From positions 1,056,001-1,120,000 of the forward strand of contig OY781066.1 in NCBI GenBank assembly GCA_963676395.1: 64,000 nt of DNA. Direction: 5' to 3'. Both the position numbers and the translations under genes were made by a program. The notes below the pieces were generated by a model. That model searched no databases and was not told where the DNA came from. It saw nothing but the letters and a program-made list of their open reading frames with translations. The DNA is from a bacterium. Lineage in GTDB: Bacteria; Fidelibacterota; Fidelibacteria; Fidelibacterales; Fidelibacteraceae. Shown here piece by piece: positions 9,867 to 20,316 of the stretch (its first letter is position 1; every line of letters begins with the position of its first letter).

Positions 9867-10629
9867 AAGCCAATACCAGTTTTTCACCAAAACCAAGATA
9901 CGAATGCTCTGTGAATTCCAGCAATAAACACCATGATCGTATTTTAAGCTGACAATTGACACATAATTGGGTGGAGTGTAATCTATATTTTGCCGCGCAA
10001 GAAAAGCAATCAAAAGGTTTGTAGCTTAGACCGATTCCGGGATCCCAGGCCAAAGATCTATACTTGTTAACATCCAAACTTAACTTTAATTTGGGAAACA
10101 GATCCACAGAAGCATAGGCGCCGATCCTTGCATCGTTTATATAAATGGCGCTGTCAGTGGGGAAACTTAAAAAATCATAGGTATAAATCCCGATCTTCCA
10201 GTGTTCTTGGGGCATTATTTCTAAAGCCGATGAAACAGAGCCTTGATGTTTGTAATCTATACCATATAAAAATGAACACGTGTAATGAACGTGAATACCG
10301 GCATAAACTTGCTTTTCATGTAAAACCGGAAAACCCAAAGTTATTTTATGGTTTGACATCAGGGGATGAATTTGACTTTTTATTGAAACATCCAGTCCCG
10401 TCCATCCGGCATAAATTAGTGCTTCGTGAACATCATATCCGTGATATACCGGCGACCAAAGTGTAACAACTGCAAAAGAATCTGGATACAAACATGGACT
10501 TTCTGGCAGGCTCAGAATATCATCGTTCCCACCTAAGTGCATATCATTTGAGATATTCCAGGAAACGGCAAAAATAAACACAACCTGTACTAAGCACAGA
10601 ATGAAATATGTCAGTTTCGTCCCGCTCAT
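9856..10629 (-). CDS. Hypothetical exported, probably beta-barrel protein
   Basis: Signal-like N terminus; alternating hydrophobic strands; C-terminal H.YLG...LAYVL. Confidence 0.55.
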   Translation of the reverse strand: MSGTKLTYFILCLVQVVFIFAVSWNISNDMHLGGNDDILSLPESPCLYPDSFAVVTLWSPVYHGYDVHEALIYAGWTGLDVSIKSQIHPLMSNHKITLGFPVLHEKQVYAGIHVHYTCSFLYGIDYKHQGSVSSALEIMPQEHWKIGIYTYDFLSFPTDSAIYINDARIGAYASVDLFPKLKLSLDVNKYRSLAWDPGIGLSYKPFDCFSCAAKYRLHSTQLCVNCQLKIRSWCLLLEFTEHSYLGFGEKLVLAYVL

Positions 10630-10680
10630 TTCAAGCAAATTACGTTTTGTAAGGCTTCAAGTCAATGGCTTAAATTGAAG

Positions 10681-10696
10681 TGTGACCTGCATCACA
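10681..10696. promoter_or_regulatory. CRP/FNR-family box TGTGA-N6-TCACA
   Basis: TGTGAcctgcaTCACA, intergenic, about 60 bp upstream of ATG 10629 (-); TTGACT-N17-TAATTT promoter at 10665-10637 (-). Confidence 0.65.
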
Positions 10697-10743
10697 TTTC
10701 ATAATTAAGAATTGTATGCCCATATGAATTGAGAATTTAACTT

Positions 10744-12453
10744 CTATTTTCGTCTCTTGGACTTTGGCTCTTGTCGTTTACGCTCGCCTTGCGGTCGGTG
10801 CCACATCATCATGCCGAATTGTTTAAGCTTTTCTTTGGCTGTGCGAGGAACATACACTTCTTCCCCGGTGAGAGGATGAAAACCGGTGTAATACATAGCG
10901 GTAGCAATGGTCATGGGTGTTGGATAAAAGTCAGCTGCCTGTTGCAATTTATGTCCCGACCCCTGTAGTTGTTTTTTTAACACAATCATATCTTCATCGG
11001 TACAGCCGGGATGTCCCGATATAAAATAGGGAACGATGTATTGTTGTTTCCCTGCCCTTCGGGAGAACAGGCGGAACTTCTCCAGAAAACGTAAATAGAC
11101 CTTACCCGAAGGCTTATTCATCATCCGAGTAACATTATCCGTCAAATGCTCGGGAGCTATTTTTAAGTGACCACCCGTATAGGTCGTAACCATTTTTTCC
11201 ATTGATCTTTCATCTTTCAGGGCAAGATCATGGCGCAAACCCGAGGCAATATACACATGCTTTATTCCCTTTACCTCAGAAGCCTCTTTCAATAATCTCA
11301 CATAAGCTTCCTGGTCTTTTACCACCAAGTTATCACAGACCTCAGGAAAAAGACAATTCATCTCTTTACAACCGCCGATCTTACAATGAATCCCATACAT
11401 ATTGGCCGTTGGGCCGCCTATATCCGTGATCGTACCCTTAAACGAAGGATCATTCGACATTAATTTTACCTGCTCGATCACCGATCTTTTGGAACGACTT
11501 TGAATGCGCGGACCCTGGTGAAAGGTAATAGCGCAAAAGGAGCAATTTCCAAAACATCCTCGATGTGCCGTGATTGAATCTTTTATTTGATCAAATGCAG
11601 GGATCTTTATTTTGTATTTTGGATGGGGGCTTCGTGTGTATGGCAAAGCGTACAGCTCATCCATTTGTTTCGTACTCATAGGCTTTGCCGGCGCATTAAT
11701 CTTTAGCAACTGATCTCCGTGGCGTTGATATAGATCCTTTGCATAGGGAAACACTCTGTTTTCGTAATGCAACTTGGTCATGCGATTAAAAGCCTGCTTA
11801 TCTTTTTGCACAGTCTCAAAGGATGGCAGTTCAATACCCTCTTCCTTTTGATCCACGCGAACAACCGTTCCGAAAACATTCTGAATATCTCGAATCGCTT
11901 CACCGTCTTTTAATCTTGCCACAACATCTATAATAGCTTGCTCACCCATTCCATACACAAGCAGGTCTGCTTTGGAATCTATCAATATCGATCTTCGAAC
12001 TTTATCGGTCCAATAATCATAGTGAGCCATGCGCCGAAGGCTGGCCTCAACACCACCTAAAATTACCGGTACATCTTTATAGGCCGAGCGGATAAGATTT
12101 GTATAGACAATTGTTGCCCTATTTGGACGTTTTCCGGCTACTCCTCCGGGCGTATAGCTGTCCTCTGAACGCTTTTTATGATTAACGGTATAATGTGAAA
12201 CCATTGAATCGATATTCCCTGCGGTGACGGCAAAACAAAGGCGAGGCATCCCTAAAACCATAACACTTTCTTTATTCTGCCAATCCGGTTGATCAATGAT
12301 CCCGACCCTATAACCCTCGTTTTCCAAAACACGCGCAATAATAGCAGCGCCAAAAGAGGGATGATCAACAAAAGCATCACCCGATACGATAATTACATCG
12401 CAGTGAGACCAACCCAATTTTAGCATTTCGTTTTTTGTAGTAGGGAAAATCAT
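10744..12453 (-). CDS. YgiQ family radical SAM protein
   Basis: GDAFVDHPSFG, HRGCFGNCSFC (CxxxCxxC), D.GGPTANMY, KIAPEH; start moved to ATG 12453 because the longer ORF crosses the cysS terminator. Confidence 0.92.
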   Translation of the reverse strand: MIFPTTKNEMLKLGWSHCDVIIVSGDAFVDHPSFGAAIIARVLENEGYRVGIIDQPDWQNKESVMVLGMPRLCFAVTAGNIDSMVSHYTVNHKKRSEDSYTPGGVAGKRPNRATIVYTNLIRSAYKDVPVILGGVEASLRRMAHYDYWTDKVRRSILIDSKADLLVYGMGEQAIIDVVARLKDGEAIRDIQNVFGTVVRVDQKEEGIELPSFETVQKDKQAFNRMTKLHYENRVFPYAKDLYQRHGDQLLKINAPAKPMSTKQMDELYALPYTRSPHPKYKIKIPAFDQIKDSITAHRGCFGNCSFCAITFHQGPRIQSRSKRSVIEQVKLMSNDPSFKGTITDIGGPTANMYGIHCKIGGCKEMNCLFPEVCDNLVVKDQEAYVRLLKEASEVKGIKHVYIASGLRHDLALKDERSMEKMVTTYTGGHLKIAPEHLTDNVTRMMNKPSGKVYLRFLEKFRLFSRRAGKQQYIVPYFISGHPGCTDEDMIVLKKQLQGSGHKLQQAADFYPTPMTIATAMYYTGFHPLTGEEVYVPRTAKEKLKQFGMMMWHRPQGERKRQEPKSKRRK

Positions 12454-12512
12454 GCTGTAATCTAATTGATAATAAACAAAGGACAAAGGACAATTAAGAA
12501 GCAAGGAGATAC

Positions 12513-12536
12513 AAAAAAGGGTGAATTTCTTCACCC
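12513..12536 (-). terminator. Intrinsic terminator after cysS
   Basis: GGGTGAA/TTCACCC stem with T-run on minus strand. Confidence 0.65.
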
Positions 12537-12562
12537 AATCACTCAATAGTTATTAAAATAAA

Positions 12563-13975
12563 TCAGTTTTTAATTTTAAATCCCGTACCATCTTTACGAT
12601 CTACTAACTCAATACCCATGGCATCAAGTTCATCACGGATGGCATCGGCTTTTGCCCAATCTTTATTGGCTCTGGCCTGTTTACGTTCTTCGATCTTTTG
12701 CATGATAAACGCTTCATCAACACCGGCCTCTTTTTCCTCACGAAAAAAAATCACGCCTAACACACTGTCGATTTTCATTAACACTTCACGAATAGCTTCA
12801 GCATCTGCTTGTGTGTATGGGGTATCACGATGAATACGATTTAGTGCACGAACACCATCAAATACCGTACCGAGAGCTCCGGAAATGTTCAAATCATCAT
12901 CCATGGCATTTTCAAAATCTTTCAGCATTTTATCCAATGCCATAGCGATTTCAGCATTCGGCGTGCCGCTTTTAGCCTGATCAAGCTCAAACAAGAGATC
13001 TTCAAAACGTTTGAGCGTTGCCGTTGAAGCTTCAAGCATATCAAGATTAAAATTTAGTTTTTGACGATAATGCGTAGTCAGTAAAGTATAGCGAATAGCG
13101 GCAGGAGAATACCCTTTTTCAAGCAAACCGTCAATGTACATAATATTGCCCAAGGACTTACTCATTTTGGTATTATCCCAAAGCAAGTGCTCACAATGCA
13201 ACCAGTAATTTACAAAAGGCTGGCCGGTTGCACCTTCGCTCTGCGCAATTTCATTTTCGTGATGAGGAAATAAATTGTCCACTCCGCCGGTATGAATATC
13301 AAAAGTTTTACCGAGATACTTCATGGACATAGCCGAGCACTCAATATGCCAACCGGGACGACCTTTACCCAACTGAGTATCCCAAGCCACATTGCCATCT
13401 TCAGGTTTGTATGCTTTCCAAAGTGCAAAATCATTAGCAGATTCCTTTTCGTATTCATCGGAATCCACACGGCCACCGGTGCGCATTTGGCCCATATCAA
13501 GTCGCTGCAATTTTCCATAATTTTTAAATGCGGCAATCTTAAAAAAGATATTCCCATCTTCCACCTGATAAGCCAAGCCTTTATCAAGAAGGGTTTGAAC
13601 CAGATCTACCATTTCGGGAATATGGTCCGTAGCCGCGGGATATATTTCAGCACCTTCAATATTTAATTTTTTGAGATCAGCAAAAAATGCCTGTTTATAT
13701 GTCTCTGTAAATGCTTTAATTGTTGTTTTCTCTTCAGCAACCTTGCGAATGATCTTATCGTCCACATCAGTAAGATTCATTACCTGAGTGACGTTAAAAC
13801 CCTTAAATTTGAGATAACGTTTTAACAGATCAGCAAACATGAAAGCACGCAAATTGCCGATATGCGGATAATTGTAAACGGTAGGACCGCAATTATAAAT
13901 ACCCACCTTTCCCTCATGCAGGGGTTTAAAATCTTCTTTTCTTCGGCTCATTGTGTTATAAAATTGTAAAGCCAT
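12563..13975 (-). CDS. cysS: Cysteine--tRNA ligase
   Basis: CGPTVY, HIGN, GRPGWHIECS, KMSKS. Confidence 0.98.
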   Translation of the reverse strand: MALQFYNTMSRRKEDFKPLHEGKVGIYNCGPTVYNYPHIGNLRAFMFADLLKRYLKFKGFNVTQVMNLTDVDDKIIRKVAEEKTTIKAFTETYKQAFFADLKKLNIEGAEIYPAATDHIPEMVDLVQTLLDKGLAYQVEDGNIFFKIAAFKNYGKLQRLDMGQMRTGGRVDSDEYEKESANDFALWKAYKPEDGNVAWDTQLGKGRPGWHIECSAMSMKYLGKTFDIHTGGVDNLFPHHENEIAQSEGATGQPFVNYWLHCEHLLWDNTKMSKSLGNIMYIDGLLEKGYSPAAIRYTLLTTHYRQKLNFNLDMLEASTATLKRFEDLLFELDQAKSGTPNAEIAMALDKMLKDFENAMDDDLNISGALGTVFDGVRALNRIHRDTPYTQADAEAIREVLMKIDSVLGVIFFREEKEAGVDEAFIMQKIEERKQARANKDWAKADAIRDELDAMGIELVDRKDGTGFKIKN

Positions 13976-14026
13976 GTTTCTCCTCTAATAATTCAAAAAG
14001 ATACAAATTTTATGTACCTGCATATT

Positions 14027-15019
14027 CTATTTATTAATTAATGCATCGTTTATGATCATCATCAACAACTCAGGGAAAGAGATCCCCAATGCCTTGGCTG
14101 ATTTTGGCACCAAACTCGATGCTGTCATACCCGGCAAGGTATTTGCTTCCAACAAATAGATATCACCTTCAGGAGTCATTCTAAAATCGACTCGCGCGTA
14201 ATTTTTCAAGCCAAGAATATTATATACCACAACCGCGTTTTCCTGCATCCGCAAGGTATCTTCGGGAGATAAATTGGCCGGAACATTATATTCCGTTTTA
14301 TCCCCCATATATTTTGCTTTATAATCATTCACGCCATGAGGGTTTACCTCGATGATCGGATAGGCCTCACCTTTAATCACTGGCACATTGTATTCTTTAC
14401 CCGGAATAAATGACTCAATAATAACTTCTTTACTATATTTTAAAGCCTCTTTTGTTGACTCAAATATATCTTCTTTTGTCTGTAGAATGCTTAAGCCCAC
14501 GGAAGACCCGGCATCGTTTGGTTTAATCACAAGAGGGAATTCCACTTTTTCGGGACGATGAACAGCCTCGCGATGGATCTCTTCTTTCGCACATTTTACT
14601 CCAACACTTCTTGCCAATATTTTTGTTTTAAGTTTATCCATAGCAATTGCAGATGCTTCAAAGCCTGAACCTGTATACGGGATTCCCGCCATCTCAAGAA
14701 TTGCAGAGATCACACCATTCTCTCCGTTTCCGCCATGAAGAGCATTAAAAACAATATCGACTTTTTCTTCTTTTAGAAAAGCGCTCAACTCAATAAAAGG
14801 CTGGTCGCTTAAATTTACCATAGCCTCAAAATCCATGTCCTTCATTGAAAAGTTTTCAAGCTCATTCAAAAACTGATCCATTTTTTCCAAAGGTGTTGAT
14901 GGATCCAAGTATAACACTTCGTGACCTAATTCTTGTAAAGCCTTGCCAATAGCCGAACCGCTGGCCATAGAAACAATTCGTTCGGGAGACGCACCCCCAA
15001 GGAGAACACAGATCTTCAT
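14027..15019 (-). CDS. ddl: D-alanine--D-alanine ligase
   Basis: GG.SPER, LHGGNGENG, GSSVG, YARVDF, EANTLPG. Confidence 0.95.
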   Translation of the reverse strand: MKICVLLGGASPERIVSMASGSAIGKALQELGHEVLYLDPSTPLEKMDQFLNELENFSMKDMDFEAMVNLSDQPFIELSAFLKEEKVDIVFNALHGGNGENGVISAILEMAGIPYTGSGFEASAIAMDKLKTKILARSVGVKCAKEEIHREAVHRPEKVEFPLVIKPNDAGSSVGLSILQTKEDIFESTKEALKYSKEVIIESFIPGKEYNVPVIKGEAYPIIEVNPHGVNDYKAKYMGDKTEYNVPANLSPEDTLRMQENAVVVYNILGLKNYARVDFRMTPEGDIYLLEANTLPGMTASSLVPKSAKALGISFPELLMMIINDALINK

Positions 15020-15576
15020 TAGTCTTTATCCCTTAGCATTATTATTCTGTTAACAGCATCCTGCAAGTTGCTGACATAAGTAAATGGAATACGCTCTCGA
15101 GCAAGCGCTTCTCTGGTGATCGGTCCCCAACCTTGTGAAACTAAAAAGAAGGGTATATTTAAAAATTTTGCAACCAACGCATCGGAATGGCTGTCTCCAA
15201 CATAAACCGCTTCTTTCATATTTACACCATGTTCACGGATGGCTTTCATGAACATACCCGGATTAGGTTTTCGGTTAGGACAACGTTGCTCTGCCCGGTG
15301 TGGACAAAAATACCAATCTTTGATCTTCCCTCCGGCAGACTCGGAATGTGCAACAATATGTTCAAAAATTTCTTCGGCATCCTCATATTTTATCAGGCCT
15401 TTCCCTACACATGCTTGATTCGATACAACAAAAATATCTATACCCGCATCGCTAAGTTGCTTTATAGCATCAGGCACATCCGTATGCATTCGGATTTCAA
15501 AAACCGAAAGCACATAAGTTGGATCATCAACATTAAGAACACCATCTCTGTCTAAAAATACCGTTGATATTTTCAT
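15019..15576 (-). CDS. gmhB: HAD-IIIA hydrolase, GmhB/HisB-like phosphatase
   Basis: FLDRDGVLN, SNQ, CPH...C.NRKP, VGD. Confidence 0.8.
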   Translation of the reverse strand: MKISTVFLDRDGVLNVDDPTYVLSVFEIRMHTDVPDAIKQLSDAGIDIFVVSNQACVGKGLIKYEDAEEIFEHIVAHSESAGGKIKDWYFCPHRAEQRCPNRKPNPGMFMKAIREHGVNMKEAVYVGDSHSDALVAKFLNIPFFLVSQGWGPITREALARERIPFTYVSNLQDAVNRIIMLRDKD

Positions 15577-15759
15577 GATTGAAATTTATTGTAAATAAAG
15601 ATTTAAACAAAATAAAATCGTAAGTCCTAATTTACCTCACACAATGGTATGAAGTAAGCCCGGAACAAAACTAAATTTTATAACGTAATGTGAAAACAAT
15701 TGCGTATTTAAGAACAAATGCAGATATTTATTTGAATGAATAAATGATAGGAAAGAAAA

Positions 15760-15960
15760 ATGAAAGAATTCTTTGCGATTGCGCTAAGTTTATTAATGCT
15801 ATTCAGTTTTGGCATTGAAATCGATTTTGGTGACAACTATAATTTCCCCGATTGGGTTGATTGTATTTTACATCCGCAACGAGAATCTGCCATTGATATG
15901 ACGATCGAGCCACTATACCAATTCAGCAAAACCCATCTGGTGCCTTTGTTTAAACAATAA
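15760..15960 (+). CDS. Small exported hypothetical protein
   Basis: AGGA RBS, signal-like N terminus. Confidence 0.45.
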   Translation: MKEFFAIALSLLMLFSFGIEIDFGDNYNFPDWVDCILHPQRESAIDMTIEPLYQFSKTHLVPLFKQ

Positions 15961-16049
15961 TTGTTAATCTGTGATCAATTGACCGAAAACCTGCAATCAG
16001 CGGGAACGATAATAGTTGAGTTAACATATTAAAAAAACGCGAGGCTTTT

Positions 16050-16565
16050 ATGAAAAAGACATTACTTGCCCTATCCTGCATTGTCGTATTACTTTTATCT
16101 TGTGATTTTCACCCGGATGATACAAATAACATGACCAATGAGGAGCACGCCATTATATCTGCCGTGTTAGATAGTATCAGATACCAATATTCGCCCACAA
16201 ACGTTGATGTTTATGACTTAAGCTCTACAAATACCAATTGCTCTTCATTGAATATTGCCTTCGAAATAGATAGCATTGAAACCGACACCCTGCTTAACAT
16301 CTATTATGACGCCAACAGACTACAATACTATCTTAATAGAGATAAGCTTCCCGATTATATAACTCTAAAAGACAGGGATGAATCAAACCCCTATACAGGT
16401 TATCTCTCCTTTACTCGCCCGGGTATAAGTGAAGACGGTTTAATAGCTGTCGTTGAATATTCTTGCATGGGGGCCCCACTTGCAGGAGCGGGATATGCTG
16501 TTTTACTAGAAAAACATTCGGGCCAATGGCAAATGATCTGGCATAAAATGATGTGGATCTTTTAG
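16050..16565 (+). CDS. Hypothetical lipoprotein
   Basis: Lipobox LLSC; GAGG RBS. Confidence 0.7.
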   Translation: MKKTLLALSCIVVLLLSCDFHPDDTNNMTNEEHAIISAVLDSIRYQYSPTNVDVYDLSSTNTNCSSLNIAFEIDSIETDTLLNIYYDANRLQYYLNRDKLPDYITLKDRDESNPYTGYLSFTRPGISEDGLIAVVEYSCMGAPLAGAGYAVLLEKHSGQWQMIWHKMMWIF

Positions 16566-16716
16566 ATAGTTGAAAATCGAAGGTTGAAACTAAGTTATAG
16601 CTAAAATAAAAGCGCAGATTACGCCTTTTCTTACCTTAATGATTTATTTTGTATATTATCATATTATTTAATATATTACATAGACAGCAAATAAACATTA
16701 TAACAAAAAGTACAAT

Positions 16717-17064
16717 ATGAAAGCGATTAAAATTTGTTTTTTTGCATTAATGATATTCTGTTTAGGTTCTTGCTCTTGGGAGCCCAATAATTCAAGCTAT
16801 CCCGCCTGGTTATATACCAAAATATTAGCATTGGAAAACGACAGCACCTATTCTTGCGTTGGATCAATCTGGAGATATGAATATGAGGGTGAATATGTGT
16901 TTTATTTTTCTAGCAAATGTGCTGACGGAATGACATATCTATACAATTACGAGGGGAGTATTATCGGCTCAGCAGGTGGATTTACCGGGATACAAACCGG
17001 TGTTATTCTAAATTTTTGGGGGAAGAAAGAAAATGGCGTCAAGATCTGGCCCGATGAAGATTAA
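16717..17064 (+). CDS. Lipoprotein, DUF6970-like
   Basis: Lipobox LGSC; P.WL, IWRYEY.G..V.Y, GGFTG, KIW pattern. Confidence 0.55.
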   Translation: MKAIKICFFALMIFCLGSCSWEPNNSSYPAWLYTKILALENDSTYSCVGSIWRYEYEGEYVFYFSSKCADGMTYLYNYEGSIIGSAGGFTGIQTGVILNFWGKKENGVKIWPDED

Positions 17065-17112
17065 TCACAACTGTTTATTGCTCAACTTACTAAAATAGGA
17101 AAGGAATCTAAG

Positions 17113-17748
17113 ATGAACTACCAAAAGTTTAAAGGAAAATCCCGTTTCCGTTTAGAATTAGCCATCGTTATTGTTTTGGCTTTAGTCGTGCTACTGGTAT
17201 TTGTTTTTCCGCGCTTCGATAGAGAAAGCAAAATTGAAAAAGAAGCATCTATTGTATTTGTTGAATCCATCGACATCCCTCAAGTTAAATTACAAAAAAT
17301 GAATTTACCAACCCCTAGACCTGTAATCCCAATTATGAGCCCGGAACCGGATCTTGATATTGACAGCGAATATCTTGACAGTCTTTTTAACGTTGACGTA
17401 TATAAAAACACACCGCCACCTCCCCCTTTGGCAGATTATAGCGAAGATACCGTCATCTTTGTCCCATATGACGAGGCGCCGGAAGTTATTGGTTCAATTG
17501 CAGATTATATTGTTTACCCCCAAACAGCCAAAGACGTCGGAATCGAAGGTACTGTAATTGTTCAGGCTTTCATTGATGATAAAGGTATCGTAAAAAATTG
17601 TATTATCATGAAAGGTTTACCCGGCACTGGACTAGATGAGGCAGCCAAAAACGCTATAATGAAAACCAAATGGAAACCGGCTTTGCAGCGTGACCGAAAA
17701 GTTGGTGTGTGGATCGCTATACCGGTGACGTTTAAATTAAATAAGTAA
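17113..17748 (+). CDS. Energy transducer TonB family protein
   Basis: N-terminal TM helix, Pro-rich linker, YP..A...GIEG.V.V C-terminal domain. Confidence 0.88.
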   Translation: MNYQKFKGKSRFRLELAIVIVLALVVLLVFVFPRFDRESKIEKEASIVFVESIDIPQVKLQKMNLPTPRPVIPIMSPEPDLDIDSEYLDSLFNVDVYKNTPPPPPLADYSEDTVIFVPYDEAPEVIGSIADYIVYPQTAKDVGIEGTVIVQAFIDDKGIVKNCIIMKGLPGTGLDEAAKNAIMKTKWKPALQRDRKVGVWIAIPVTFKLNK

Positions 17749-17985
17749 TTGATAATACTGTTGGGAACGGTTACTCTTTATTCCATTGAATTTTGTCTGG
17801 AAGACATTTTTATCATCATGTTATAAACCGGTGGATAATGCAAACTGGTTAAAAATGCTCAAAGCCAATACAAAATCCTAGACGAATACACTTTATAAGT
17901 GCATAAGAAATTAATAATGATGTTCTTTAAACAGAATTAAAGGCTATTAATTTGCATTTATTCCATTCCACCCGTATCTTTTAAC

Positions 17986-20316
17986 ATGAGAAAACACATC
18001 ATTCCTATCGTCTTCTTGATGATCTTATCATTACTATATGCTCACGAAAGTGACCTTATCTACCAATCCAATAATATTGCCGATATCCATATAACTGTAA
18101 ACACTAATGCACTGACATGGATATATAACAATGTAGACAGCGACTCATTGCATCTTTCAAGTATTCGATATCAAAATGATTCACTGGATATCAGTATGGA
18201 TTCAGTTGGCTTTCGTCTTCGGGGAAATACCTCAAGAAATGCTGCCAAGAAATCATTCAAATTGGATTTTAATCAATTCGTCCCGGGCAGAAAATTATCC
18301 GGTGTAGAAAAGCTTAACTTGAAAGCCGAACAAAATGATCCCTCTTTAGTCCGTTCAAATTTTGCTTTTTCGCTCATGGAAAAAATTGGATTAGAAGCTT
18401 CAAGATTATGCTATGCTCGAGTATATATCAATGATAATTATATGGGGCTCTATAATATTATCGAACACATCGATGAAAACTTTTTGAATTATCACTTTGC
18501 TAATAATGATGGTAATCTATATAAATGTTTATACCCTGCCGACTTAAATTATTATGGACCGGATCCGCTATACCATCCCAATGCGGCCTGGGATCCCAAC
18601 CGCCCTTATGAAATAAAAACCAACAAACTTGAAAATGACCATCGTCAATTAGCTCATTTAATTGATGTAATAAATCACACGCTTTCCAGTGATTTAATGG
18701 ATTCTTTGGAATCTGTATTACAGGTCACAGATTTCATAAAATATCTTGCCGTTAATATCATGACCGGTTCCTGGGACGACTATAGATATCTTAGAAATAA
18801 TTATTATTTATACTACGACATTGACCTCGCAAAGTTCAGGTTCATCCCTTATGATTATGATAATACTTTTGGTATTGATTGGGTAGGTAGCTCTAATTGG
18901 GGAGACCCTAACTGGGCTCGCATCAACATGTATTCCTATACGGTCATGGATTCCGACGGCAGGCCCTTATCTGAACTTATTTTTAATACCCCCGAATACC
19001 GCGACTTGTTTACGCACTTCATTCAGTTTTATACCAACAATGTATTCAAAGAAGATCAATGGACAGATTATGGCGACAGTATCAAAGCCTTAATTCGTCC
19101 CGATGTGGTGAACGATACCTACTATCCTCGCGATCATGGTTTTAATATGAGTATTTTTGACGATTCTTACGATGAAGATCAACGATACAGGCATGTTGAG
19201 CGAGGTATATATGAGTTCATGCGAAAACGCCGGCAAACAACTAATGGGGATATTAACTGGCGTTATGCGGCGCCATCTATTTACCGACGGGACATAGAGC
19301 AAATTGGTACAAGCCTACATTTAGATCTTTCTGTATTTTCTGCCGCTGGTATCAAGAGTCTGGAATTAAAACTTTATGATGCAACTAGCAATGAAAATTC
19401 AAGCATTGCCATCAACATGGACCAGGATAGTCAAAGCAATTTGGTTGAATTATACGACCGTTGGACTTTAAGAACCCAAGTTGAAACCAACGATCATTAT
19501 TATAAGATCGTTGCAACAGATATAAATAATCAAGTCAGCACTTGGCCTCGCAAAGGCTTTCTTGAACTAAAAGATAGAAGCCATATATACAATTCTCTTT
19601 TCATTAATGAGATCATGGCTAAAAATGATGCCAGCATTGCTGATCCTGCAGGAGACTATGATGATTGGGTGGAAATCTATAATGCTTCATCACAGAGCAT
19701 TGATATGGAAGGCATGTTCCTGAGTGATCGAGAAGACAGTTTGGCAAAATGGGATTTCCCGGAGAACACCATCATTCATGCCGGAGATTATTTATTGATC
19801 TGGTGCGATAAAGATGGCGATCAGCATCAGGATGGTTTACATGCAAATTTCAAACTTTCCACCTCCGGAGAATACATTTCACTCACAGATAAAGACTCAA
19901 TCACCGTCATTGATGAAATACACTTTCCTGCTCTAAGTTCAGATGTTTCATATGGTCGAAATTTAGATGGTGGTGACAATTGGATTACTTTTTCAATTGC
20001 TACACCGGGAGCAACGAACAATGAAACCGACATTGATGTGCTTATTCCCATGACAACTGCTTTATTCCCCAACTACCCCAACCCTTTCAACCCAAGAACA
20101 GCGATTAGTTATCAGCTGTCAACTGCCAGTAATATCGAAGTGAATATTTTCAACGCAATGGGAAGAAAAGTCCATACATTGGTTAATAATTATCAACAAG
20201 CCGGTGTGTACAAACATAATTGGGATGCCTCTCACTTAGCTTCGGGGATATATCTGGCTGTTATGAAAGTAGATGGCTTTGTGTTTGGAACACAAAAGAT
20301 GTTGCTAGTCAAATAA
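17986..20316 (+). CDS. Secreted CotH-kinase + lamin-tail + T9SS/FlgD-like C-terminal domain protein
   Basis: RGNTSR, KKSFKLDF, NNYYLY, PYDYDNTFG; INEIMA..DWVEIYN; NYPNPFNP...KMLLVK. Confidence 0.88.
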   Translation: MRKHIIPIVFLMILSLLYAHESDLIYQSNNIADIHITVNTNALTWIYNNVDSDSLHLSSIRYQNDSLDISMDSVGFRLRGNTSRNAAKKSFKLDFNQFVPGRKLSGVEKLNLKAEQNDPSLVRSNFAFSLMEKIGLEASRLCYARVYINDNYMGLYNIIEHIDENFLNYHFANNDGNLYKCLYPADLNYYGPDPLYHPNAAWDPNRPYEIKTNKLENDHRQLAHLIDVINHTLSSDLMDSLESVLQVTDFIKYLAVNIMTGSWDDYRYLRNNYYLYYDIDLAKFRFIPYDYDNTFGIDWVGSSNWGDPNWARINMYSYTVMDSDGRPLSELIFNTPEYRDLFTHFIQFYTNNVFKEDQWTDYGDSIKALIRPDVVNDTYYPRDHGFNMSIFDDSYDEDQRYRHVERGIYEFMRKRRQTTNGDINWRYAAPSIYRRDIEQIGTSLHLDLSVFSAAGIKSLELKLYDATSNENSSIAINMDQDSQSNLVELYDRWTLRTQVETNDHYYKIVATDINNQVSTWPRKGFLELKDRSHIYNSLFINEIMAKNDASIADPAGDYDDWVEIYNASSQSIDMEGMFLSDREDSLAKWDFPENTIIHAGDYLLIWCDKDGDQHQDGLHANFKLSTSGEYISLTDKDSITVIDEIHFPALSSDVSYGRNLDGGDNWITFSIATPGATNNETDIDVLIPMTTALFPNYPNPFNPRTAISYQLSTASNIEVNIFNAMGRKVHTLVNNYQQAGVYKHNWDASHLASGIYLAVMKVDGFVFGTQKMLLVK

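Noticed and set aside
12454..12546. N-terminal extensions in the ORF track (ygiQ, also PLD, FAD subunit, GFA, thrC-like, 8532-10013)
   Set aside because: They overlap terminators, repeats or neighbouring genes; downstream ATGs give family-typical starts
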